A stretch of 15,604 nt of DNA, taken from the NCBI GenBank assembly GCA_046758965.1, contig JBHIBG010000063.1:1-15604 (forward strand). The letters are read 5' to 3'. A program made the position numbers and the translations under genes. This document shows positions 1 to 8,027 of this stretch, piece after piece; the first letter of the stretch is position 1; each line of letters starts with the position of its first letter. Below the pieces are notes generated by a model. The model was not told the origin of the DNA and searched no databases. It saw only the letters and a program-made list of their open reading frames with translations. The stretch comes from Candidatus Methylomirabilia bacterium (GTDB lineage Bacteria; Methylomirabilota; Methylomirabilia; Rokubacteriales; CSP1-6).

Positions 1-399
1 TCTGAAGCCGAAGCCCTTGAAGTCATCCTTGATGTTTGCGTCCGCGAAGAATGCTTCCAGCTCCTCGACTTCGGTGTCCATTACCTGGATGACGAGAATG
101 CTGGCTTCCGGTAACCTCCAATCCGGCGCCTGACGTCTCATATCCTTTTCTTCGATGGCAGCATATATGGCTTCGGAGGCTTCATATGCGCCAAGACCAG
201 CACCATAGCTGGGACGCGCCATGACCTTGGTGAACTCTACACCTACCAAAGAGCCGTCTGGCCTGCGGCAAATAAAGTCGGGACGCTCCCCGTCAACGAG
301 GACTTCAAGGCGGACGTCCGTCGTAAATTCGTAAGCCTCGCGGAATAGCTCGAATGCTATGCGTTCCTCTTTTTTCTTGCCAATTTCCTGATCAGACAT
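1..399 (-). CDS. Hypothetical protein with a PD-(D/E)xK nuclease-like motif; 3' end runs off the window
   Basis: Not in the ORF track because there is no stop in the window. Manual translation from ATG 399-397 is open to base 1: MSDQEIGKKKEERIAFELFREAYEFTTDVRLEVLVDGERPDFICRRPDGSLVGVEFTKVMARPSYG...ILVIQVMD...FKGFGFR. The E..ERPDF..VGVEFTK pattern resembles PD-(D/E)xK folds. GC is about 53% in the first 180 nt versus about 68% in a spot check of the adjacent ligase gene. Confidence 0.7.
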   Translation of the reverse strand, partial: MSDQEIGKKKEERIAFELFREAYEFTTDVRLEVLVDGERPDFICRRPDGSLVGVEFTKVMARPSYGAGLGAYEASEAIYAAIEEKDMRRQAPDWRLPEASILVIQVMDTEVEELEAFFADANIKDDFKGFGFR

Positions 400-457
400 C
401 GCGCTAAGGCTGGGCACTCACCTGCAGGCACCGAAGCGGCCTGAGAGGTCTAGTGCC
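400..457 (-). other. Degenerate attC-like bulged hairpin (possible integron cassette recombination-site relic)
   Basis: The minus strand reads GGCACTAGACCTCTCAGGCCGCTTCGGTGCCTGCAGGTGAGTGCCCAGCCTTAGCGCG-ATG. Nested pairs GGCACT/AGTGCC, ACCT/AGGT and CAGGC/GCCTG have bulges, then comes an R'-like CTTAGCG 2 nt before the ATG. No R'' (RYYYAAC) box was found. Confidence 0.4.
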
Positions 458-540
458 GGAAACACTGGAGTTTCTCCCAAGCCTATTTCTCCAAACCGTC
501 ATCAACAAATTGTCCACGGACGAACTCATGAGGCACCGTA

Positions 541-2331
541 TCAGCGGTAGAGCGACTCGAGGATGTCCCTGTACTTCTCGGCCACGACCTTCCGTTTCAC
601 CTTCAGGGTCGGGGTCAGCTCGCCGCCCTCCTGGGTGAAGTCAGCGGGGACGACGGCAAATCTCTTGATCTTGGCGTAGGACTGGAGCTGCGCGTTCTTC
701 TCCTCCACCGTGCGGCCCACCCGCTCGTTCACCTTGGGGTGCTGGGTGAGCTGGGCATAGTCGGTCACGAGAACCCCCTCCGCCTTGGCGAACTTGGCCA
801 CCTCCTCCGGGTTCACCGCGATCAGCGCCACCGGATAGGGGCGCCGGTCGCCGTAGACCATCGCCTGGCTGACGAAGGGGTCCCCCTTCAGAAGGTTCTC
901 GATGTTCTGGGGGGCGATGTTGATGCCGCCCGCGGTGACGATCAGGTCCTTCTTCCGATCCGTGATGTGGAGGAACCCCTCCCCGTCGAGGTGGCCGACA
1001 TCCCCGGTGTGGAACCAGCCTTCTGCGTCGAACACCTCGGCGGTCGCCTCTGCCTTCCTGAAGTACCCTCGCCTGGCGATGTTCGGGCCCCGCCCCAGGA
1101 TCTCCCCATCGGGGGCGATCTTGAGCTCCACGCCCGGCACAGCCCGGCCAACCGAGCCGAACTTGAAGGCGTCCGTTCGGCTGGCAGTCAGGATCGGGCA
1201 GGTCTCGGTCAAGCCGTACCCTTCGAGGATCAGGATGCCGGCGGCGTGGAAGAACTCGGCGATCTCCTTGGAGAGCGGGGCCCCCCCCGAGAAGGCGAAC
1301 CTGAGGCGCCCCCCAAGAGCGTGGTGAAGCTTGGAGAAGACCAGCTTGTCGGCGAGCCTGTGCTTCAGGCGAAGACCGGCAGGGATGGGGCTCTGGAGCT
1401 GTTGAAGCTGGCTCACCTGCCGCCCGACGCCGAGCGCCCAGTTGAAGATCTTCCTCTTGGTCGGCGAGCCTGCCTCCACCCCGGCAAGAATTCTCGCGTA
1501 CACTTTCTCGAAGACCCGCGGCACGCTGAAGATGAAATGAGGATGGACCTCACGAAGGTTCTCGGCCACCTTGTCCAGGTTCTCCGCGAAGGCCGTGGTG
1601 AGGCCTTGATGGACCCCAATGAACGATTCGAATCGCCCGAAGGAGTGGGCCAGAGGCAGAAAGAGCAGATGGACCTCGCCTTCGGTGATCTGGGTGACCT
1701 GAGTAGACCCGTTGAGCGCAGCCATGTGGTTGCCGTGCGTCTGGACCACTCCCTTTGGCGGCCCCGTAGTCCCGGAGGTGTAGACGATCGTGGCGGTCTC
1801 CTCGAGGCGGACCGACGCCACCCGCTCTGCCAGGACGCCCTTGAGCCTTTCAGCGTGCTCCTTCCCGAGCCTGCGGAGCTGCTCCCAGGTCAGGACTGAC
1901 GGCTCCTGCCCCTCGTACTCCTGGATCACCACAATCTGCTCCAGGCCCTGCATCTTGCTGCGCACTTCGAGGGTCTTGGCAAGCTGCTCCGGGTTCTCCA
2001 CGATGAGGGTCTTCGCCTCGGAGTCGTTGACGATGTAGGCGATCTGCTCGGGGGTGTAGGTGGGATAGATGGGGACCGTGACGCACCCGGCGGAGAAGAT
2101 GGCGAAGTCGGCCTGGACCCACTCGGCGCGGCTGGTGGAGAGCAGGCCCACCGCCTCACCCTTCTTCCGGCCGAGCTGAAGCAGGCCAAGCGCAAGCTCG
2201 CGGACACTCTCTCCGACCTGCGCCCAGGTGAGGTTCTGCCACTGCCCCCCGCGCTTGAGCATCTGGGCGGGGCGCTCGCCGCCCTTCTCCACGCGGTTCC
2301 AGAACATGCGTGCAAGGGTGTCTTCAGCCAT
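541..2331 (-). CDS. Long-chain fatty-acid--CoA ligase (AMP-dependent synthetase, ACSL/bubblegum-like subtype), 596 aa
   Basis: AMP-binding P-loop YTSGTTGPPKG, GYGLTET, WFHTGDVG, DRKKDLI and C-terminal ELTPTLKVKR. Purine-rich RBS (GAGGAGGAAGGAG) just before the ATG. Confidence 0.93.
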   Translation of the reverse strand: MAEDTLARMFWNRVEKGGERPAQMLKRGGQWQNLTWAQVGESVRELALGLLQLGRKKGEAVGLLSTSRAEWVQADFAIFSAGCVTVPIYPTYTPEQIAYIVNDSEAKTLIVENPEQLAKTLEVRSKMQGLEQIVVIQEYEGQEPSVLTWEQLRRLGKEHAERLKGVLAERVASVRLEETATIVYTSGTTGPPKGVVQTHGNHMAALNGSTQVTQITEGEVHLLFLPLAHSFGRFESFIGVHQGLTTAFAENLDKVAENLREVHPHFIFSVPRVFEKVYARILAGVEAGSPTKRKIFNWALGVGRQVSQLQQLQSPIPAGLRLKHRLADKLVFSKLHHALGGRLRFAFSGGAPLSKEIAEFFHAAGILILEGYGLTETCPILTASRTDAFKFGSVGRAVPGVELKIAPDGEILGRGPNIARRGYFRKAEATAEVFDAEGWFHTGDVGHLDGEGFLHITDRKKDLIVTAGGINIAPQNIENLLKGDPFVSQAMVYGDRRPYPVALIAVNPEEVAKFAKAEGVLVTDYAQLTQHPKVNERVGRTVEEKNAQLQSYAKIKRFAVVPADFTQEGGELTPTLKVKRKVVAEKYRDILESLYR

Positions 2332-2352
2332 GGCTCCTTCCTCCTCGCCCCC

Positions 2353-3858
2353 TCAGAGGAGCTTCCTGAGCTCCTTCCGGAGGACCTTGCCCACCGGGCT
2401 CTTGGGGAGCACATCCATGAAGCGGACCTGTTTCGGACACTTGAACTTGGCCAGCTTGGCCTGGCAGAAGCCCATGACCCCCTCAGCGGTCGCCTCCTGG
2501 CCAGGCTTGAGAACCACGAAGGCGAGCGGCTCCTCGCCCATGAGCGGGTCCGGCATCCCGACCACCGAAGCCTCGGCGATCTTCGGATGGGCGTAGAGGA
2601 CCTCCTCCACCTCGCGGGGATAGATATTGAAGCCGCCGCGGATGATCAGATCTTTCTTGCGCTCCACGATGTAGAGGTAGCCGTCGGCATCGAGGCGCCC
2701 CATGTCACCGGTGTGAAGCCAGCCGTTCTTGATGGTCTCCGCCGTCTCCTCCGGCATCCGATAGTAGCCGAGCATGACGTTCGGGCCACGAACGCAGATC
2801 TCCCCCGCCTCACCGGCGGCGAGCTCGCGCTCCTCGTCGTCGAGGATCTTCACCTCCACGCCGGGGATCGGCTTCCCCACCGAGCCCAGCCGCCGCTCCA
2901 AAGAGAGCCGGTGGGCGGAGACCACCGGGGCCGCTTCGGTGAGGCCGTATCCTTCCAGGATCTTCCCGCCGAACCGCTTCTCGAAAGGCTCGGCGATCTC
3001 AACGGGAAGCGGAGCCGCCCCCGAGCCCCAGACGATCATGGAGGAGGTGTCGTACTGGTCGGCGTCCGGGTAGTTCAGGAGGTAGACGTACATCGTGGGG
3101 ACTCCCGACATGGAGCGGACTCGGTACGTGTGAATCGTCTTGAGCACCTCCTCGGGGTTGAACCACCGGAGCAGGACCGCCCGGGTCCCGAGGATGTTCC
3201 CGGCATTCATGACCGTCAGGCCGTAGGAGTGGGAGAGGGGCAGGACGGCGAGCGCCCAATCCTCCCGGTTCAGCTCGTACATGGAAGCCACGGAGCCGGC
3301 GTTGGACGCCAGGTTCCCGTGGGAGAGCGCCACGCCCTTGGGCCGCCCCGTGGTGCCGGCGGTGTACAGGAGCACCGCGAGCTCCCCGGCAGCGCGGTCC
3401 ACCGCGACGAAGCTGTCGGGCTCGCGCTCGATCAGCTCCTGGAAGGGGAGCGTCTTCCCCTCGCCGCCGCCATCGATCACGAGCACATGCGTCAGGGCCG
3501 GGAGCGCCCCGATCAGCGACTCTACCTTCCAGAGCATGTCGGAGCAGGTCACGATCACCGTGGCTTCCGAGTCCTCGAGGATCAGCCGTACCTCCTCGCT
3601 GCCGAGGAGGAACACCACGGGGACCACGACGGCACCCAGCTTCAGGATGGCGGTGTAGCTCTGGGAGACCTCGGGGCAGTTCGGGAGCATGACCACTACC
3701 CGATCCCCGGCCCTCACGCCCAGCCGCCTGAGGGCGTTGGCAAGGCGGCTGGCGCTCTGCTGGGCTTGGACGTTGGTGTATTCTTTTCCCTCGAAGACGA
3801 GCGAGACGTACTCGCCGTACTTCCGGAGGTTCTCTTCTCCGAGCTTCGCCAGGTTCAC
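2353..3858 (-). CDS. Fatty-acid--CoA ligase (FadD/LcfA-like subtype), 501 aa, GTG start
   Basis: YTAGTTGRPKG, GYGLTEA, WLHTGDMG, RKKDLIIRGGFNIYPREVE and C-terminal LPKSPVGKVLR (A10 Lys). Confidence 0.93.
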   Translation of the reverse strand: MNLAKLGEENLRKYGEYVSLVFEGKEYTNVQAQQSASRLANALRRLGVRAGDRVVVMLPNCPEVSQSYTAILKLGAVVVPVVFLLGSEEVRLILEDSEATVIVTCSDMLWKVESLIGALPALTHVLVIDGGGEGKTLPFQELIEREPDSFVAVDRAAGELAVLLYTAGTTGRPKGVALSHGNLASNAGSVASMYELNREDWALAVLPLSHSYGLTVMNAGNILGTRAVLLRWFNPEEVLKTIHTYRVRSMSGVPTMYVYLLNYPDADQYDTSSMIVWGSGAAPLPVEIAEPFEKRFGGKILEGYGLTEAAPVVSAHRLSLERRLGSVGKPIPGVEVKILDDEERELAAGEAGEICVRGPNVMLGYYRMPEETAETIKNGWLHTGDMGRLDADGYLYIVERKKDLIIRGGFNIYPREVEEVLYAHPKIAEASVVGMPDPLMGEEPLAFVVLKPGQEATAEGVMGFCQAKLAKFKCPKQVRFMDVLPKSPVGKVLRKELRKLL

Positions 3859-3883
3859 GGGTTGCTGCCCTTAACCAACGGCA

Positions 3884-4017
3884 GGCCCTGCGGGTCCTGT
3901 CCTCGGCGCTTCGGCCTCTCGATCCTCGGTCGCCCCTCTCCCCTCCCTCTCCCGCCAGAGGAAAGGGGGAAGGGTGAGGGAGTCAGTGCCTGCCCGCCGC
4001 GACAGGACCCCAAGGCC
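3884..4017. repeat. Nested inverted-repeat element (REP/MITE-like) between thiolase and ligase
   Basis: Outer imperfect IR GGCCCTGCGGGTCCTGTCCTCGGCG (3884-3908) / CGCCGCGACAGGACCCCAAGGCC (3995-4017) with a perfect 10-bp core GGGTCCTGTC/GACAGGACCC. Inner C-rich/G-rich stem at 3933-3980 (CCCCTCTCCCCTCCCTCTCCC...GGGGGAAGGGTGAGGG). Confidence 0.7.
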
Positions 4018-4036
4018 GATCAAACACCGTGCGCTC

Positions 4037-5203
4037 TCACGCCCGCTCGAAGACAGTAGCCAGCCCCTGGCCTCCGCCGACGCACATGGTGACCAGGCCG
4101 TAGCGCGCCTGCCGCCGCCGCATCTCGTAGATGAGCGTAGCCATGAGCTTCGTCCCGGTGGCCGCGATCGGATGCGCGAGCGCGATAGCGCCGCCGTTGA
4201 CGTTGACCTTGGCGCGGTCCAATCCCAGCTCACGGGTCACGACCAGCGACTGGGAGGCGAACGCCTCGTTCAGCTCGATCAGATCGATCTGGTCAAGGGC
4301 CAGACCGGCCTTCTTCAGCACCTTCTGGACCGCCGGGATCGGCCCGACGCCCATGATCGTCGGATGGACTCCCGCGGCGGCTGTTGCCACCACGCGCGCC
4401 AGCGGCGTGAGCCCCATCCGCTCGGCGCGCTTGGCATCCATCACGACACAAGCCGAGGCCCCGTCACCGATCCCGGAGGAATTCCCCGCGGTGACGCTGC
4501 CGTTGGGCTTGAAGACCGGCGGGAGCTTAGCCAGCTTCTCCAGGGAGGTGTCCCGCCGCGGGTGCTCGTCCACCTCGAAGACGACCGGGTCCCCTTTCTT
4601 CTGCGGGACGACGACCGGGACGATCTCCTCCTTGAACCTGCCCCGATCGATGGCGAGAGCGGCTCGCCGCTGGCTCTCCAGGGCAAAGGCGTCCTGCTCT
4701 TCCCGGGAGACCTTAAACTGCTCGGCCACATTCTCGGCAGTAATCCCCATGGAGGGGTCAATGTCAGCCGGGGCGAGCTGGGCGCGGGTGAACTTGGGTG
4801 GGACGCGGCTGAAGCCGTCGATCGTGTTGTTCTCCATCAGCCAGACCCGGCGGGTCATGGACTCGGTGCCTCCGGCCACGAACACCTCGCCATCTCCGGC
4901 TCTGATCGCGCTGGCCGCCAGCGCCACGCACTGAAGCGATGACGAGCACTGGCGGTCGATCGCCACCCCGGGCACCTCCACCGGCAGACCAGCCAGGAGC
5001 AGGGAGAGCCGAGCCATGTTCCCTCCCCCTGCCAGCACGTTGCCGAAGATCACGTCGTCAATCTCGCCGGGCGCCACCCCGCCCCGCTTGACAGCCTCGC
5101 GGATGACGACAGCCCCGAGATCCCCCGGCGAGACCTGCTTGAGCGCCTTGTTTTCGGACCCCACAGCAGTCCGAACCGCCGAAACAATGACCGGCTCACC
5201 CAT
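4037..5203 (-). CDS. Thiolase (acetyl-CoA C-acyltransferase family), 388 aa
   Basis: Catalytic Cys in RQCSSS, NEAF, VNVNGGAIALAHP (His) and C-terminal CVGGGQG. RBS TAAGGAGG upstream. Confidence 0.95.
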   Translation of the reverse strand: MGEPVIVSAVRTAVGSENKALKQVSPGDLGAVVIREAVKRGGVAPGEIDDVIFGNVLAGGGNMARLSLLLAGLPVEVPGVAIDRQCSSSLQCVALAASAIRAGDGEVFVAGGTESMTRRVWLMENNTIDGFSRVPPKFTRAQLAPADIDPSMGITAENVAEQFKVSREEQDAFALESQRRAALAIDRGRFKEEIVPVVVPQKKGDPVVFEVDEHPRRDTSLEKLAKLPPVFKPNGSVTAGNSSGIGDGASACVVMDAKRAERMGLTPLARVVATAAAGVHPTIMGVGPIPAVQKVLKKAGLALDQIDLIELNEAFASQSLVVTRELGLDRAKVNVNGGAIALAHPIAATGTKLMATLIYEMRRRQARYGLVTMCVGGGQGLATVFERA

Positions 5204-5223
5204 GCGTGGCCTCCTTATCCGTT

Positions 5224-5283
5224 GTATGACGAGGACTTATCATTCGTCGGGGACACTATAACATGCTCTCGTGAAGCTGTCAG
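5224..5283 (-). promoter_or_regulatory. Sigma70-type promoter for the thiolase/ligase genes, with a downstream palindromic candidate operator
   Basis: Minus strand: CTGACA (5283-5278), 17 nt, then TATAGT (5260-5255) with a TGn extended -10. Imperfect palindrome GTATGACGAGGACTTATCATTC (5224-5245) lies between the -10 and the RBS. Confidence 0.7.
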
Positions 5284-5286
5284 GCC

Positions 5287-6594
5287 TCAGAGCGCTCCTC
5301 GCTCCTGCAACTCGGAGAGCCGGCGCCGGTCGAAGCCGAAGTACTTGCCATAGATCTCGCGGTTATGGTAGCCGATCGGGCGGCACGGCCACTTCAGGCG
5401 GGGCGGTGTCCGGGTCATCCGCCAGACGGGGGTCTGGACAAGGAGCTCACCGTAGATCGGGTCTGCCGTCCGCCTCAGACAGCCACGCTCCCACCAGTTC
5501 GCCTCAGCCAGAGTGCGGGTGGGCAGGCTCACCGGCCCGAACACCACGACCCCCGGCCCGGGGTCAGCCAGCACCCTTTTGAGAATTTCCTCCGCGGTGA
5601 ACTGCTGAGACCAGCGCTCGATCTCATCCCGGAGTTGAACCTCGTTCTCCATCCTCACCCGTTTCAGCGTGGAGTTGAAGCGGGAGTCCTGAGCCAGCTC
5701 CGGCCGCCCCATGATCCGACAGAGCGCCTGGAAGTTCGGATCCGTATAGGCGGCGACAAACGCGAAGCCGTCCTTCACGCGGACAAAGGTGTAGGGGAAC
5801 ACTGCCAGCTCGTAGAGGCCGGTACGCTCCCTGACCTGCCGGGTCGCATGGTACAGGAGCACCGTGTACTCCAGGTACCGCATGAGCGCCTCGGCTCCGG
5901 AGATATCGATCATCTGGCCCTGCCCCGAGGTCTTCCGCCAGTGCAGGGCGGCCATGGTGGCGAGACCGCCGAACGCCGCCTGAGCGTAAGCCGACATCCA
6001 GCTGCCCACACGCATCGGGGTCCGCTCCGGGGCGCCCGTGATGTGGACCAGGCCCGAGCGGGCCTGGTCCGTGAGGTCGTACTCGGCGGGCTGTCCCTCG
6101 GCTTCGGGTCCGAACTGGCCACAAGCCGAACAGGCCACGTAGATCAGCCGCGGGTGGAGCTCGGAGAGCTGGCGGTAACCGAGGCCGAGGCTATCCAGGT
6201 ACCCCGGGGGAAACCCTTCAACAAGGAGATCCGCTTTCGCCGCGAGCCCCCGGAGCAGCGACCGCCCCTCCTCGGATTCCAAGTTCAGCGTGACGAAGTA
6301 GCGGTTGCGCGCCTCGGCCACGAAGGCCAGGCCATCGCCGTTGGCAGCCACCTTGGCAGGACCCCACCGGCGAGCCGGGTCACCTCCGGGCGGCTCCACC
6401 TTGATGACCTCCGCCCCCAGCTCAGCCAGATAGGTCGCGGTCAGGAGCGCCCCGTAGTGGCCCTGGGAGAGATCCAGGACGAGCAGATCGTCGAGGCTCT
6501 CCGGCTTGTCCGACACACCGTCCGGGTCCTCCTCCGCCCTGATCCACTCGGGCCAGCTCTGACCGGGCACTCTCTCCGCCTCTGTCTCCTTCAC
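5287..6594 (-). CDS. Family III (CaiB/BaiF) CoA-transferase subunit lacking the catalytic Asp, about 435 aa
   Basis: LDDLLVLDLS, LAELGAEVIKVEPPGGDPAR, ADLLVEGFPPG and GQMIDIS. The GTG at 6594-6592 overlaps the upstream TGA (GTGA), so the ORF-track start at 6654 is probably too long. The catalytic position reads RVGSWMSA instead of ...GD. Confidence 0.88.
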   Translation of the reverse strand: MKETEAERVPGQSWPEWIRAEEDPDGVSDKPESLDDLLVLDLSQGHYGALLTATYLAELGAEVIKVEPPGGDPARRWGPAKVAANGDGLAFVAEARNRYFVTLNLESEEGRSLLRGLAAKADLLVEGFPPGYLDSLGLGYRQLSELHPRLIYVACSACGQFGPEAEGQPAEYDLTDQARSGLVHITGAPERTPMRVGSWMSAYAQAAFGGLATMAALHWRKTSGQGQMIDISGAEALMRYLEYTVLLYHATRQVRERTGLYELAVFPYTFVRVKDGFAFVAAYTDPNFQALCRIMGRPELAQDSRFNSTLKRVRMENEVQLRDEIERWSQQFTAEEILKRVLADPGPGVVVFGPVSLPTRTLAEANWWERGCLRRTADPIYGELLVQTPVWRMTRTPPRLKWPCRPIGYHNREIYGKYFGFDRRRLSELQERGAL

Positions 6595-7925
6595 TGAAAA
6601 AGCCCTTCGCCCTTCCAGCCCTCTGGGGGCTTGGCCCCGATCCGGTCCTCCCACTTCCCAATGACCTTCTTGGCCTCAAGCGCCCGGATCTCGGCATCGG
6701 GCAGCCCCAGGATTGTCTTCAGCACCAGCTCGTTGTGAAACCCCACCGGTTTTCCCGCCCACTTGATTCGTGCTGGCGTGGCCGAGAGCTTGGGCGCAGG
6801 TCCGTACTCCACCATCTTGCCGTAGACCGTGTCTTCATACTCCCAGACCGAGCGGCGGACGCGAAAGTGGTTGTCTTCGTAATGGTCCTTGCCGGTCATC
6901 ACCGGGGCGACGGGCACTCCGCGCTGGCGGGCCGCCCGCTCGATCTCGGCGCGGCTCCTCCCCTCGCACCAGGCGGCGATGAGCTGGTCCAGCGCCCTCG
7001 CGTGGGCGTTCTCCCGACGGGAGGCGGGAGAGACAAAACGCGGCTCCCGGGCAAGCTCGGGCTGCCCCAGAAGGCGGCAGAGCCCCGCGAACTCGTGGTC
7101 TGTCCCTGCCACCAGCGCCACGTAGCCATCTGCGCAGCGATAGACGCCGGAAGGAGAGAAGACCGGGTCGCGGTTGCCGGTCTTGGGGCGATCCTTTCCG
7201 GTCAGCCCGGCATAGAGCCACGTCCAGTCCATGGCCCGGAGGAGCCCCTCGCACTGTGCCATCTCCACAAACTGCCCCTCGCCCGTGCGATCGCGCCAGT
7301 GGAGGGCCGCCAGCGCCCCGAGAGCGGACATGGACGCGCCGAACCAGTCGCCGATATAGTTGCCGACCCTGGTTGGCAGCTCCCCCTCTTCGCCGGTGAT
7401 GGCGGTAAAGCCCGAGACCGCCTGGGCCAGGCCGTCGTACGAGGCGCGCCCGCTGGCGAGGGGCCCCCACTGGCCGAAGCCGGTGTTGGCGACGTAGATG
7501 AGGCGGGGATTGACCTCCCTGAGCTGGCGATAACCGAGACCGAACTTCTCTTCCAGCGTTCCCGCCCTGAAATTTTCAACAAGAATGTCAGAGCGGGCGG
7601 CCAGCTTCCGGATCAGCTCCCGGCCCTCCGGCGCATGCATGTCGATGCCCACGTGGTACTTGGAGTGGTTCTGAGGGAAGAAGGCGATGGAAACGTTCTG
7701 CCAGAAGAACGAGGCGCCGCCGAGGATCCGGATGACATCCCCCTGCCCCGGCAGCTCGACCCGGATCACCTCGGCACCGAGCTCGCCGAGAAAATCTGCG
7801 GTGGCCGGCCCGAAAATGAGGACCGAGAGGTCGAGCACTCGAACCCCCCGGAGGGCTTCCGGCTTCTCGTGGACCCGGGCAGGATCGAAGAGCCTGGCGG
7901 CCCAGTCGAAATAGCAGTCAGTCAT
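6591..7925 (-). CDS. Family III (CaiB/BaiF) CoA-transferase, catalytic subunit, 444 aa
   Basis: LRGVRVLDLS, GPATADFLGELGAEVIRVE, DILVENFRAG, YDGLAQAVSG and RVGNYIGDW (Asp equivalent to Frc/CaiB D169). ATG 7925 is preferred because the longer ORF-track start lies on the predicted -35 box. Confidence 0.92.
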   Translation of the reverse strand: MTDCYFDWAARLFDPARVHEKPEALRGVRVLDLSVLIFGPATADFLGELGAEVIRVELPGQGDVIRILGGASFFWQNVSIAFFPQNHSKYHVGIDMHAPEGRELIRKLAARSDILVENFRAGTLEEKFGLGYRQLREVNPRLIYVANTGFGQWGPLASGRASYDGLAQAVSGFTAITGEEGELPTRVGNYIGDWFGASMSALGALAALHWRDRTGEGQFVEMAQCEGLLRAMDWTWLYAGLTGKDRPKTGNRDPVFSPSGVYRCADGYVALVAGTDHEFAGLCRLLGQPELAREPRFVSPASRRENAHARALDQLIAAWCEGRSRAEIERAARQRGVPVAPVMTGKDHYEDNHFRVRRSVWEYEDTVYGKMVEYGPAPKLSATPARIKWAGKPVGFHNELVLKTILGLPDAEIRALEAKKVIGKWEDRIGAKPPEGWKGEGLFQ

Positions 7926-7973
7926 CGCGGATCGGACCACCAGCGACAAGGAGCGGGTGCGGCACAGAGCGGG

Positions 7974-8003
7974 ATCGTACCACCTCCGCGCCGGCCGGAG
8001 CAA
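7974..8003 (-). promoter_or_regulatory. Putative sigma70 promoter of the CoA-transferase pair
   Basis: Minus strand: TTGCTC (8003-7998), 18 nt ending in TGG, then TACGAT (7979-7974), an extended -10. Confidence 0.5.
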
Positions 8004-8027
8004 GCCCCGCGTAAGGCAGGATTCCGA

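Noticed and set aside
453..638. 61-aa plus-strand ORF and other short ORFs such as 3871-4233 and 10197-10547
   Set aside because: They overlap real genes or repeat elements, have low-complexity Arg/Pro/Ser-rich translations, and show no recognisable motifs.
4160..4200. Thiolase AHP instead of the canonical GHP
   Set aside because: The catalytic His and both Cys motifs are intact, so this is a minor variant and not evidence of altered function.
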